Shown here in pieces: positions 48,250-57,427 of a stretch of 64,000 nt of DNA. The notes under the pieces were generated by a model, which was not told the origin of the DNA, did no database searches, and worked only from the letters and a program-made list of their open reading frames with translations. This stretch comes from a virus. Taxonomy: Duplodnaviria; Caudoviricetes. The first letter of the stretch is position 1. Each line of letters opens with the position of its first letter. Position numbers and translations under genes: made by a program. Where the stretch lies: positions 1 to 64,000 of IMG/VR virus record IMGVR_UViG_2724679654_000001. One strand, 5' to 3'.

Positions 48250-48714
48250 ATGGATCTGAACACCAAATTATCGCCACACTTTAAACTTAAAGAATTAATC
48301 CGTTCCGATAAGGCAATTAAGCTTGGTATTGACAATACTCCTCCTGCTGAGGTGATTAGCAGTCTTGCAAGGATATGCGTAAGTATCCTTGAGCCGGTTC
48401 AATCTCATTTCTTGGTTCCGTTTAGCGTAAATAGTGGTTACCGGTGTCCGGATCTTAACAAGGCTCTTGGCGGCAGCAAGAATTCTCAGCACATGCTTGG
48501 TCAGGCCGTGGATTTTGAGGTCCCTGGCATATCGAATTTTGACCTGGCTTATTGGATTTCAAAGAATCTTTTTTATGATCAACTGATTCTTGAGAACTAC
48601 GAATCAGGCAAACCAAATTCCGGCTGGGTGCATGTGTCGCTCATCAGCGGAGTAAACAGGATGCAATTGCTAACCATCAAAGGAAGCTATAAGCGTCAAG
48701 GATTAATTGCTTAA
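48250..48714 (+). CDS. Endolysin, peptidase M15 family
   Basis: SGYRC..LN..LGGS..SQH..GQAVD, WVHVS. Confidence 0.9.
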   Translation: MDLNTKLSPHFKLKELIRSDKAIKLGIDNTPPAEVISSLARICVSILEPVQSHFLVPFSVNSGYRCPDLNKALGGSKNSQHMLGQAVDFEVPGISNFDLAYWISKNLFYDQLILENYESGKPNSGWVHVSLISGVNRMQLLTIKGSYKRQGLIA

Positions 48715-48729
48715 TTTAACGGAGATACC

Positions 48730-49242
48730 ATGAAAAAAACATGCTTAGTAATTCTGGCTCTGGCTGTTGTTAGCTTTACTGTGGGGTGCCAGACAGTCTT
48801 GAACCAAACTGATGATTTAGCAAATGCCGCCATTGCAAATGAAATGGTAACAACTGGCCAAGTTGCCGAAACAATAAAGAGAATTGAATTGAACGAAACT
48901 GAATTGCTGACGGTTAATCATGCCATTAATAACTATTCATCATTTGTTTCCAGGTGGAAAGAATCGATTACTGATCTTGACTCTACCGCGCCAATATTTA
49001 GTGAGTTTTTGGCTGATTACTCCAGCTTGGTTAACCAGTACAAAGCTGTCGAATCAATTGTTCAGAAACGTTTTAATGTTTATTCGGAGCGCGACCAAGT
49101 GATATTGCAAGATTATCAGCGGAGAGCGCAAAAAATGAATGATTCAGTGGAGAATCTCATTGAGGCCGGGAATCGTTATCAGGCTTTATTGGACGCGCTA
49201 TCTTTCGGTCGAATAATGATTGGGTTGGCGCAGGCATTATGA
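48730..49242 (+). CDS. Lipoprotein in lysis cassette
   Basis: Signal peptide with TVG-C lipobox. Confidence 0.7.
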   Translation: MKKTCLVILALAVVSFTVGCQTVLNQTDDLANAAIANEMVTTGQVAETIKRIELNETELLTVNHAINNYSSFVSRWKESITDLDSTAPIFSEFLADYSSLVNQYKAVESIVQKRFNVYSERDQVILQDYQRRAQKMNDSVENLIEAGNRYQALLDALSFGRIMIGLAQAL

Positions 49243-49553
49243 TCTATTTGGATAATTACATAGATACCTCAGAAGTCATCAGGATATCCATATTCGTCGC
49301 ATCTGGCTTGCTTGGTATGTTCTATGCTTATTGTGGCAAATGGGCTGAATTGCATAATAACGTTGGCCTATTCGATTATATGTTCGGTAATCCGCAAGCA
49401 ACAATGAAGGCTGTTTTAAAGCTCATAGCCATGTGCGTAGGAGCTGGCGGATTATCATATCTGGATACGTTGACAATGAATCAAATCATGATTGCCGGTG
49501 CCGGAATTGGGTTGCTGGTTCCGCAGTCCGTGGGGGAGAGTAAAAAATTATGA
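49239..49553 (+). CDS. Small multi-TM protein, holin candidate
   Basis: 2-3 hydrophobic segments in lysis cassette. Confidence 0.55.
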   Translation: MIYLDNYIDTSEVIRISIFVASGLLGMFYAYCGKWAELHNNVGLFDYMFGNPQATMKAVLKLIAMCVGAGGLSYLDTLTMNQIMIAGAGIGLLVPQSVGESKKL

Positions 49554-50122
49554 TACAGAGATCAAATTCTTTAAGGTGGATCACTGGATTCAAATACAGA
49601 ACCACGGAGCCCTATTGGCTGTTTACAAATTTCAGGCCAAAAAAAGCAATTCAGTTAAACCGAATTCACCTTACCAGAGAAGGTCTTTTGTTTATCGAGC
49701 CGGGATATTCATCCGATGGCCCGAGCGGACCAACGATAGATACACCTGATATCATGCCCGGCGCCACCGGCGCGCATGACCCCGGTTATGAATTGCTGCG
49801 TAATGGAATGATGAGCGTGGCTGTTGATATTGTGCAGCCAACCTTTCGCCCTGGTGAAGGTGTCATTTACAACACTCCGGAAGAAGATAGGGTGATTAAG
49901 AATGCAAGTCACGAACAAATCAGGCACGAATTAGACAAGCTCCTTGCAGATTTGATGCTGCTTGATGGGCAAATTGTCAGCGGAAAATTCGATAAATATC
50001 CTCGTTTCAGGAAATTACTTGAGCGCCTGCTTGTATTCAGAGCGCAATACTTCTATGACGGATTGAGGGTGGGAGGCGTATCTTCTGCGGTTGTATGCCG
50101 AAAAGAATACGCAGCGCCTTGA
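49550..50122 (+). CDS. DUF1353-like protein
   Basis: GY.SDGPSGP, AHD..Y, ..R.GG motifs. Confidence 0.6.
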   Translation: MIQRSNSLRWITGFKYRTTEPYWLFTNFRPKKAIQLNRIHLTREGLLFIEPGYSSDGPSGPTIDTPDIMPGATGAHDPGYELLRNGMMSVAVDIVQPTFRPGEGVIYNTPEEDRVIKNASHEQIRHELDKLLADLMLLDGQIVSGKFDKYPRFRKLLERLLVFRAQYFYDGLRVGGVSSAVVCRKEYAAP

Positions 50123-50173
50123 TACATCTATAAATCTGCAATTCCAATTCCCCCGAATTAGGGGGAATTAAAC

Positions 50174-50214
50174 CGGAAAAATAGCCGGTTCTCGCTATAT
50201 TGATAAGGCAAAGT
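50174..50214 (+). promoter_or_regulatory. Late promoter
   Basis: CGGAAAA-N28-CAAAGT. Confidence 0.65.
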
Positions 50215-50259
50215 TCAGTTCATCAGATGATTCATTTAATGAACTACAGGGCCGCCATC

Positions 50260-50760
50260 ATGACCGTTTCCAATTCAGAATACCTAAAAGGTTTTTATAA
50301 CGTTACCCAAGCGCTTGGTGCAAAGGTCGTTTCAAGTGATTTCACGTTTGAAATAGAAGGCTTCGAGCAAAACTACCTACTCTGCAAACAAGCGCCGTGG
50401 GCACAAGTATCGGTTGCTGGTGAGATAGAGATTCCTATGCCTCTTGGTTCTGCAGGATGGCAACCGCAGCAAGCAAAAGTTAATCATCAAGGGCAGATTG
50501 CTCTTGAGGAAACCGTGGCGGGAAGTATCGACAATATGCTGATCAATCTCATTACCCGTGGCGGGCAGTTTAACGCAAAAATTTACGAAGGAACGCCCCA
50601 GAGATTTTTGCGGGCAAAGCCCTATAGGAACTGTTTTATACAGTGCGATAACCCAGACAGAGATTGGGAGAACAGGTCACAGATATTGCTATTTACTGGA
50701 ACACTGTTCTTTCACTACTTCGGCGAAGTAATTCCTGGTAATTCCGGTAATTACAGTTAG
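50260..50760 (+). CDS. Tail tube protein (P1 BplB-like)
   Basis: G.KVVSSDF.FEIEG, ETVAG, GTLFFHYF pattern recalled from P1 BplB. Confidence 0.7.
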   Translation: MTVSNSEYLKGFYNVTQALGAKVVSSDFTFEIEGFEQNYLLCKQAPWAQVSVAGEIEIPMPLGSAGWQPQQAKVNHQGQIALEETVAGSIDNMLINLITRGGQFNAKIYEGTPQRFLRAKPYRNCFIQCDNPDRDWENRSQILLFTGTLFFHYFGEVIPGNSGNYS

Positions 50761-50795
50761 TTTTTATTTAATCAACCATAGATAGGAGCATTAAT

Positions 50796-51158
50796 ATGAG
50801 CGGAAACGCGCCATCATTTCTGGGCTCGGCACTTGCTGTGCTGCCCGGAGAATCTGGAGACAAAGCAATCTCACAAGCGGGTGTTGAAAAATTCTTCATG
50901 GGCAAGGCATCGCCAAAGATCGATGAAGGTTCGAATGCGGCAATGGGTACAGCTACGCTGGCGGCCGGTACCGTGACCGTAGCAAATACCAAGGTCAAGG
51001 CAAATAGCCGGATTTTTCTGATGTCGCAGTCTGACGGCGGCACCCCCGGTTGGTTGCGAGTATCTGCCCGTGTTGCTGATACCAGCTTCACAATTTTATC
51101 AAGCAGCAATACCGATACCAGCGTTGTTGCGTACTTAATACTTGAACCAAACGCATAG
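50796..51158 (+). CDS. Small beta-rich virion protein
   Basis: GTATL.AGTVTV.NT.V...SRIFL motif. Confidence 0.6.
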   Translation: MSGNAPSFLGSALAVLPGESGDKAISQAGVEKFFMGKASPKIDEGSNAAMGTATLAAGTVTVANTKVKANSRIFLMSQSDGGTPGWLRVSARVADTSFTILSSSNTDTSVVAYLILEPNA

Positions 51159-51172
51159 TTTGTTTTTAACAA

Positions 51173-51559
51173 ATGGCTACAATAAACGATCTAGTTAGCA
51201 AATTTCTTAACGATGAGCGTCCCATTGCCGTCATTTTAGATCCGGCCACCGTGCTTGCCCAGGCGGTAGCCGCAACCGAATTTTATGCTGGATATGCCAA
51301 GCTTGAGGCTAACGATTTGATCGCGCCGCCATATCCAGATATCACAGACGCCACAACTATCAGCCTTTCTGAATGGGCTTTGATTAAACCTCTCTTTCTG
51401 CTCTATGTTGAGCGAGAAACGGCTCCTCAATTGGAGGCTTCTCGTATGCTTGGGGTTGATGTGTTTGGCCGAGCAACCAGCGAAATACAGCAGGATATCA
51501 ATCAAATGCTACTTGATATACCGCAAAAGGCATTTCTGCAAGCCATCATAACAGTGTGA
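51173..51559 (+). CDS. Hypothetical virion protein
   Basis: 128-aa ORF in baseplate operon. Confidence 0.6.
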   Translation: MATINDLVSKFLNDERPIAVILDPATVLAQAVAATEFYAGYAKLEANDLIAPPYPDITDATTISLSEWALIKPLFLLYVERETAPQLEASRMLGVDVFGRATSEIQQDINQMLLDIPQKAFLQAIITV

Positions 51560-51569
51560 TATTGCCCTT

Positions 51570-52478
51570 GTGATTCTATACCTCAATAGTGGCGAACAGA
51601 TACGGGGCGACCTTATAAAATCAGCCATAATTCGCTCAGATATGTCTCCCATTCCAGTCACGCTCGAAGCTGAGATCCGGGCTGACGAAGATATGGTTAA
51701 AAAATTGGCCGAAGGGGAAATCATAACGGCTGGCGGAAGTTCTGTATCGTCAGGCGATACACTGCGCATTATCAAATCCACATTGGTGGAGAATAGGCTA
51801 GTGCAAGGCAGTCGTGAAATGGATGTGATTCAGATCACTGCAATGCTTGATGCTTGCCATGGCATAGCTTTTGTGCGCAGCCGGGCGATTATCAAAGAAA
51901 ACGCTGTTTTGTCGGCAATCTACCGCGCATCTGGCGCAACAATCAAAGCCGTTGATGCAGATTTCCCGGTACCACGTTTCTATTGCCCGGTAGGTGATAC
52001 ACCAAGCTTTCATATTGCCAGGGCATTGCAGGAAGAGGGCGGTATCGTTCGGTGGAAGGATGGCCGCTTGAAGTTCTTTCGCTTGCCCGATCTATTCAAG
52101 CAAGATCCTATCATTGAATTGCCAGAAAACGCATCGGATTATATTGATAGCGGATTCTTGGAGCGGCATGAAATACCGTGGTTTTTTTCACTGGACAATT
52201 CCGGTGGTTTTGTGTTCGGAGATCAAAGGAAACCAAGAAGTGTGCGTTACGCCCCGTTCAAGAATGCGCAGCGTTTACGCAATATGTCGCGGTGCCTGGT
52301 GCAGCGCAAGATATCAAAAATAAACCTGTCTCCAGGTGTTGCGGCCGGTGATTTGATTAATTTTGCAGCGCGTGATCCGTTGTGCGTTGTAACGGCTGCG
52401 CACGCTTTTTTTAGTGGCACCGATGGAAGTGGAAGCAATCAGTACAGCCGCTTATGGTTAGGCAGTTTGGAGGGATGA
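51570..52478 (+). CDS. Baseplate hub-like protein
   Basis: Precedes spike gene; D..P.P.TLE motif. Confidence 0.6.
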   Translation: MILYLNSGEQIRGDLIKSAIIRSDMSPIPVTLEAEIRADEDMVKKLAEGEIITAGGSSVSSGDTLRIIKSTLVENRLVQGSREMDVIQITAMLDACHGIAFVRSRAIIKENAVLSAIYRASGATIKAVDADFPVPRFYCPVGDTPSFHIARALQEEGGIVRWKDGRLKFFRLPDLFKQDPIIELPENASDYIDSGFLERHEIPWFFSLDNSGGFVFGDQRKPRSVRYAPFKNAQRLRNMSRCLVQRKISKINLSPGVAAGDLINFAARDPLCVVTAAHAFFSGTDGSGSNQYSRLWLGSLEG

Positions 52479-52482
52479 TGCG

Positions 52483-52989
52483 GTGAATGATTACGGGACC
52501 ATGCCAGGGCGCTATCCAGGGATAGTTAAATCTTACGATAAAAACCGCAGAACATGCCGAATTGAGATACCTGGTTTAACGGACGGTGCTGATGTGCTAC
52601 CAGAAGCAGAGATTGAATACCCAATTGGCGAGAAATCCAGAACCGGAAGCCATGCAACCGAAATTGAAATACTTGCTGGCGATACGGTATGGATAGCATT
52701 CATCGGTGGAGATCCACGCTACCCAATTATTACCGGATACCGAAACCCGCAATCCGGGAATTCAATCGATTGGCGGCGCTTTCACCACGCAAACATTGAA
52801 GTGACCGCAAACGGCACATTGAAACTGAATGCAGCCACGCTTGAGATTAACGCTGCCACCGTAACCATTAATGGAACCAATACGACCATCAATGGCAGTT
52901 CACTGAAACATAACAGCAAAAATATCGGTGACTCTCATCATCACGGGAATGTTACGCCAGGGTCAAGCAGTACCGGCGTGCCAGATTGA
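52483..52989 (+). CDS. Baseplate spike (gp5/gpV-like)
   Basis: OB-fold (VWIAF.GGDPRYP), beta-helix repeats, C-terminal HxH and TGVP. Confidence 0.85.
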   Translation: MNDYGTMPGRYPGIVKSYDKNRRTCRIEIPGLTDGADVLPEAEIEYPIGEKSRTGSHATEIEILAGDTVWIAFIGGDPRYPIITGYRNPQSGNSIDWRRFHHANIEVTANGTLKLNAATLEINAATVTINGTNTTINGSSLKHNSKNIGDSHHHGNVTPGSSSTGVPD

Positions 52990-52992
52990 TAA

Positions 52993-53033
52993 CGTAAAAG
53001 CATCAATTTTCGGTGTTTTTGCTGGTGTATTCT
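52993..53033 (+). promoter_or_regulatory. Late promoter variant
   Basis: CGTAAAA-N28-TATTCT. Confidence 0.6.
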
Positions 53034-53069
53034 GGGCATTACTTAGTAATCTAATTATGAGTTTAAAAC

Positions 53070-53555
53070 ATGAAATCTTTGCTATTCAGTTTCGCTGATC
53101 TATCAGTCAAGGATAAGGCTGCAAAAGAAGCAATGAAATACTTCTCTCGCGCCGGGGCTAATGTCGTTCAGCAAGACGTATCGACAGCGGTTAAGCGTAA
53201 TGCTGGTGTGAGCTATCGGGAACTTACACTTACTTTTGCCGATTCGCAGAAAGTAACGATGCGTGTGAAGCAGACGGGAGATATCTTTCAAGTTCTACTG
53301 AATAACAAGTTATTGCCAATTAAAAACCAGGATGATCACGTTGCCGCAATCTCGGAGATTGTGAAGGCGATGGACTCCGGGCGTTCAAAGTTCCAGAAAT
53401 TACTTGCTGCAGCCAAGGTTAGGCCACCCGCAGGCATGCGTACGGCCGCGCCAAAGATGGAGCAAGTTTTGATGGGTAAAAGGGATGCTCTGAAAGCGGC
53501 AATTGCCGAAGTAAGAGCGGAAATAGCAATATACACAGGAGCATTAACAGCATGA
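53070..53555 (+). CDS. hdf: P1 Hdf-like antirestriction head protein
   Basis: F.DSQ.V...V..TGDI.QV.LN.K.LP, KFQK pattern as recalled for P1 Hdf. Confidence 0.7.
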   Translation: MKSLLFSFADLSVKDKAAKEAMKYFSRAGANVVQQDVSTAVKRNAGVSYRELTLTFADSQKVTMRVKQTGDIFQVLLNNKLLPIKNQDDHVAAISEIVKAMDSGRSKFQKLLAAAKVRPPAGMRTAAPKMEQVLMGKRDALKAAIAEVRAEIAIYTGALTA

Positions 53556-54019
53556 AGAATTTTTTGAATGGATTTTTCCTATTAGGTTTTTGTTTAATGG
53601 TACCGCTATCACTATCTGCATGCTCAGATTCGGTATATGCCGGTACTGTGATTAAGCCGGATTCGGTGGTAAAGGTGCATGATGGAGATACATTCAGCGT
53701 CAATATCGCCGGTTGCCCGGAAGTATTGTGCCAAGCACTTTCTGTGCGCATAAAAGGCATTGATGCGCCTGAAATGAGGGGGAAATGCTCTCAAGAAACT
53801 GCTGGCGCGGTTATTGCCAAGAAATATCTTTCCGATCAGATGCTGAGTGCCAAGGATATTGAGTTACGCAATCCGTCGAGAGACAAGTATTTCAGGCTAA
53901 ATGCTGATTTATTTATTGATGGTCGTGATATCGGCCAGGATATGATCATCAAAGGAATGGCTCGAACGTATACAGGCGGCAAGCGCGCAGGTTGGTGCAA
54001 TACCAGTAATACTGTCTGA
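53552..54019 (+). CDS. Thermonuclease (SNase) family lipoprotein
   Basis: LSA-C lipobox; DGDT, VR..GIDAPE, DKY.R. Confidence 0.9.
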   Translation: MKNFLNGFFLLGFCLMVPLSLSACSDSVYAGTVIKPDSVVKVHDGDTFSVNIAGCPEVLCQALSVRIKGIDAPEMRGKCSQETAGAVIAKKYLSDQMLSAKDIELRNPSRDKYFRLNADLFIDGRDIGQDMIIKGMARTYTGGKRAGWCNTSNTV

Positions 54020-54050
54020 ATATCTGGTTAACACAACCAGATTAAATAAG

Positions 54051-54075
54051 AAAAGCCCGGTTATTCCGGGCTTTG
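54051..54075. terminator. Bidirectional terminator
   Basis: AAAAGCCCGG-TTATT-CCGGGCTTTG. Confidence 0.75.
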
Positions 54076-54332
54076 TTTTGTTAGGGTCATGACTTTGGCG
54101 GTGTCCAGCTAAAAGTGCTATCAGATCATCACGAATTTGCTTTTCTCGCGTATCAATTACACGCCTATCAACAATCTCCACGCTGTTGATGCAAGTACAA
54201 TCATGAAGATCGCTGCAATCAATAAATTTACCGTTTTCATTGTCGTTTTCATTGCGTTAAAAAAATTACTAAAGTTTATCTACGCCTGCCCGTTAAAACA
54301 TTTGCATCATGATATCTCCGCCCGGCCAATGC

Positions 54333-54593
54333 CTAGAACCCATTGCCGGGCATTTTATTCATCCAGCTCTTCTCCGGTGCCATGAGGCATATTGCACCGA
54401 AACACGACTCCTCGATTGACGGCACGGAGTTATATAATTTCGATGCCTGTTCTTTGCTGTCAACCAACATCACAACATCGTCATCTATTGCTAAAACATT
54501 CTTCTGAGTGGGATTTGTGTTGTGGAACATTTTCTTTCCCCTGCCTGCTACCGGGGCGTCGGTGGTTAAGATCATCTCAACCATGGAAGCCAT
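54333..54593 (-). CDS. Hypothetical protein
   Basis: 86-aa ORF with AGGT RBS, opposite strand. Confidence 0.45.
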   Translation of the reverse strand: MASMVEMILTTDAPVAGRGKKMFHNTNPTQKNVLAIDDDVVMLVDSKEQASKLYNSVPSIEESCFGAICLMAPEKSWMNKMPGNGF

Positions 54594-54670
54594 TACCTAT
54601 ATTTTGATAAATATGCAATACCATAATCAAAATATTTTAATACTCCTGAATCCTCATTGCTTTTTGTTAC

Positions 54671-54711
54671 CGGAAAACCCACTAAAAATAACGTCATAGG
54701 CGGCTTAATAT
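54671..54711 (+). promoter_or_regulatory. Late promoter (darA operon)
   Basis: CGGAAAA-N28-TAATAT. Confidence 0.7.
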
Positions 54712-54718
54712 GCTGTTT

Positions 54719-57049
54719 ATGACGCACTCAACCGATAACACTTTTCTAAAAATCGAAAACGCTGCCCATGGCGGAGCTTTCGGCAGGAATCCTATCCCAG
54801 AACCCACGGAAGCACAGTGCAAGGCAGGGAATTACAAAATGGGAAGGGTCTCTTTCCAGGGTCTCTCAATAGCCATAGAACAGCCGCGCGGCACATATCG
54901 AACCGGTATTGACCTAAAGACTGGCAAACGCTGGACATCGCGCATGGCGGCGCACTATGGATATATTTCTCAAACAAAAGGAAATGACGGGGACGGCGTT
55001 GATTGCTTCGTTGGGTTTTATCCGCAATCCGAGGTTGCTTACGCTATCAATCAGCACATAGGCGGGCGCTTCGACGAACATAAAATTATGTTTGCATTTC
55101 CCGATGAAGAAACGGCAAGAAACGCTTACCTGCATAGCTATGAGCGCGGCTGGAAGGGTCTTAAAAGCATAATTCCACTATCGATTAATCAACTCAAATG
55201 GTGGCTCAAGCACGGCAATAAGAGCCAGCCTATCAAATCAGAAAATTTACCACCGGAAGGATTAGAAGCCATGACAAGAAAAGTGCATTGGGATGAAAAC
55301 GCGCAGCCATATAACGCCACTATCGATCAGGTGCTGTATGAGATACGACAATCAGATTCAGGCGAAAACCTGCTATTGGATGCCGTGAGCATTGATGAAA
55401 TTATTGCTGATTCTGACGGTATTCTGGCACTTGATGCGCTGGTTACGCCTTACATCAAACTGCAGCGAAAAATGGAAGTATTGCAAGGCGTTATGGAGCG
55501 TATGGGCGCAGGAATTAAACCTGCAGCAATGCAAATAACCGAGCCATTCAAGCAATTTGGCGTGGCCAATGTGGCCGTTGTTTATGAGCTTTCTGACGGG
55601 CAAACGGTGTCGATCTATTTTCACAATCCTGATGTAACGCCAAACAAGATGGCTCCCAATGATGATGTTATTTCTTACAAATGGTTGTTAAACAAGAAAG
55701 ATATCACGATTGTTGTGGCACCTGAGCGCGGACAGGATCTGAATATCCGTGAGGTGGCGCGCCGTATCCTGAAACTGGCTGAAAAGAATAGTCCAGCTTT
55801 TGCTCGCGCGAATGCAAAGCGTGCGGATCGTATGCAGAACATTCAATCTTTGAAGGATGAAATTGTTGTTTTGGAGGGTGAATTGAAAAGCGCGCAGAAT
55901 GAATTGGAAATTGCCAAGGTTGCTGCTGAAGATCGAAAACAAGAGAGTTCACGAGCAAGCGTGTACCGAATCGTTGGAAGGCCACCGAAAGAGATATTGA
56001 CTATTTCCAGCGATGGGGCCGGTGGCTTTGTGGTTGGTATTAAATTTATGAATGAAAACATAAATGAAACATGGAATTCACTTGAAGAAGCATTGGTAAG
56101 GATCAAGAACGTTATTGGTGTTAGTGGTTCCGTGGAAGATTTGATGAATGCTCTAAATCATGTTAGCGGTGATGACATTATTTCGGCGCTGATTGAATCA
56201 TCCAAAGTTGCAACTACAGAAGCTCAATTAAGCCCAACATCCCCAGAAGGTTACGCCAAAATCATGGCCGATCCTGAATTGCAGTTGAATTACCAGGATG
56301 TGCTTGATTCCTTCTTTCAAGAGCGAATTATTGCGGTGCGTAATGCGTTAAGAGAGTTGGGCTGGGATGGCGAGCGATTTAAAGACCTCAGTAAAAACGG
56401 AGTGGTGGCAAAATTTACGTTCAAGCAAGTTGGTGCTGGTGCTAATTTGGTTGGATACAATGTAAACGGAATTGTGGATGATTTGATCAAAACCCCAGAA
56501 CAGCTTGCTGCTGAGATTGATGAGTCTGCGCCTGCCGAGACAATCGTAGATCCCACCCAAGAGCAGATTAAATCTGCTGCATTATGGAAGGGAGCAACTA
56601 TGAAAGTTGCTGCCATGCTAGAAGGCGATAAGAGAGCATCGCTAGAACTGAGCAGAATGACCACTAAGGGCGATCTTGATGCTTATCTGATGCGTAAGTT
56701 TGGTATTGACGAAACGGCGGCAAGGGATATTTCAAACATACTGACAGCGCAGGACATACCGGCAGATATGACGGCAAACTTGGATGATTACAAGGATGAA
56801 TCTTGGTACTCATTGATACCTGTCGCTTCGGAAATCGAAGTCGAATCAGAAGATATGAAGGCCGCCAGAGAATTCCTTAAATCAGTCGTAGATGGCGACA
56901 AAGACAAGGATGACCTAATAGCCTTGCTGGATAAAATTGAAGCATCTGCCAATGCGATTATTGAAGCCGGTAAGAGCGAAGAATATGACGCACTTATTGG
57001 GCAGGCTGCTGAGAAATGGGCGGCGCTTGACCAGCAAGTTAATGGGTAG
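54719..57049 (+). CDS. darA: DarA-like protein with N-terminal inorganic-pyrophosphatase-like polyvalent domain
   Basis: PTEAQ..AGNYKMG, HYGYI..T.G.DGD.VD, FDEHK; then LSDGQTVSIYFH.P...WLLNKKDIT..VAP DarA domain. Confidence 0.8.
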   Translation: MTHSTDNTFLKIENAAHGGAFGRNPIPEPTEAQCKAGNYKMGRVSFQGLSIAIEQPRGTYRTGIDLKTGKRWTSRMAAHYGYISQTKGNDGDGVDCFVGFYPQSEVAYAINQHIGGRFDEHKIMFAFPDEETARNAYLHSYERGWKGLKSIIPLSINQLKWWLKHGNKSQPIKSENLPPEGLEAMTRKVHWDENAQPYNATIDQVLYEIRQSDSGENLLLDAVSIDEIIADSDGILALDALVTPYIKLQRKMEVLQGVMERMGAGIKPAAMQITEPFKQFGVANVAVVYELSDGQTVSIYFHNPDVTPNKMAPNDDVISYKWLLNKKDITIVVAPERGQDLNIREVARRILKLAEKNSPAFARANAKRADRMQNIQSLKDEIVVLEGELKSAQNELEIAKVAAEDRKQESSRASVYRIVGRPPKEILTISSDGAGGFVVGIKFMNENINETWNSLEEALVRIKNVIGVSGSVEDLMNALNHVSGDDIISALIESSKVATTEAQLSPTSPEGYAKIMADPELQLNYQDVLDSFFQERIIAVRNALRELGWDGERFKDLSKNGVVAKFTFKQVGAGANLVGYNVNGIVDDLIKTPEQLAAEIDESAPAETIVDPTQEQIKSAALWKGATMKVAAMLEGDKRASLELSRMTTKGDLDAYLMRKFGIDETAARDISNILTAQDIPADMTANLDDYKDESWYSLIPVASEIEVESEDMKAAREFLKSVVDGDKDKDDLIALLDKIEASANAIIEAGKSEEYDALIGQAAEKWAALDQQVNG

Positions 57050-57055
57050 CCAGTC

Positions 57056-57427
57056 ATGCGTATCTTATCCAAGATTCTGCTGGCTGATGACCTGAATAAC
57101 CAACTTTCGTTTATGTGCCCTGGGTGCAAGGAAGTGCATTTCATTAAGCATGGCGATGATTCCGGTCCAAGGTGGGCGTGGAACAAAAATACTGAACATC
57201 CTACATTTTCGCCATCTATTCTAGTTCGAGGTAAAGCGCTTACTGATAAGGGTAATCGTGACATTGAGGCTTGGCGTGAGGCTGGTTTCCCAAAGCGAGA
57301 TCAGCCGTTCGAGTCTGTAGCAACCGTCTGTCACTCATTCGTTACCCACGGGCAGATTCAATTCCTGACTGATTCCACCCATGAGTTGGCCGGTCAAACT
57401 GTCGATCTTCCGGAGTGGACAGAATGA
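57056..57427 (+). CDS. DUF6527-like protein
   Basis: F.CPGC...H, W.WN, PTF.PSIL, CHSFV..G.IQFL.DSTH. Confidence 0.75.
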   Translation: MRILSKILLADDLNNQLSFMCPGCKEVHFIKHGDDSGPRWAWNKNTEHPTFSPSILVRGKALTDKGNRDIEAWREAGFPKRDQPFESVATVCHSFVTHGQIQFLTDSTHELAGQTVDLPEWTE

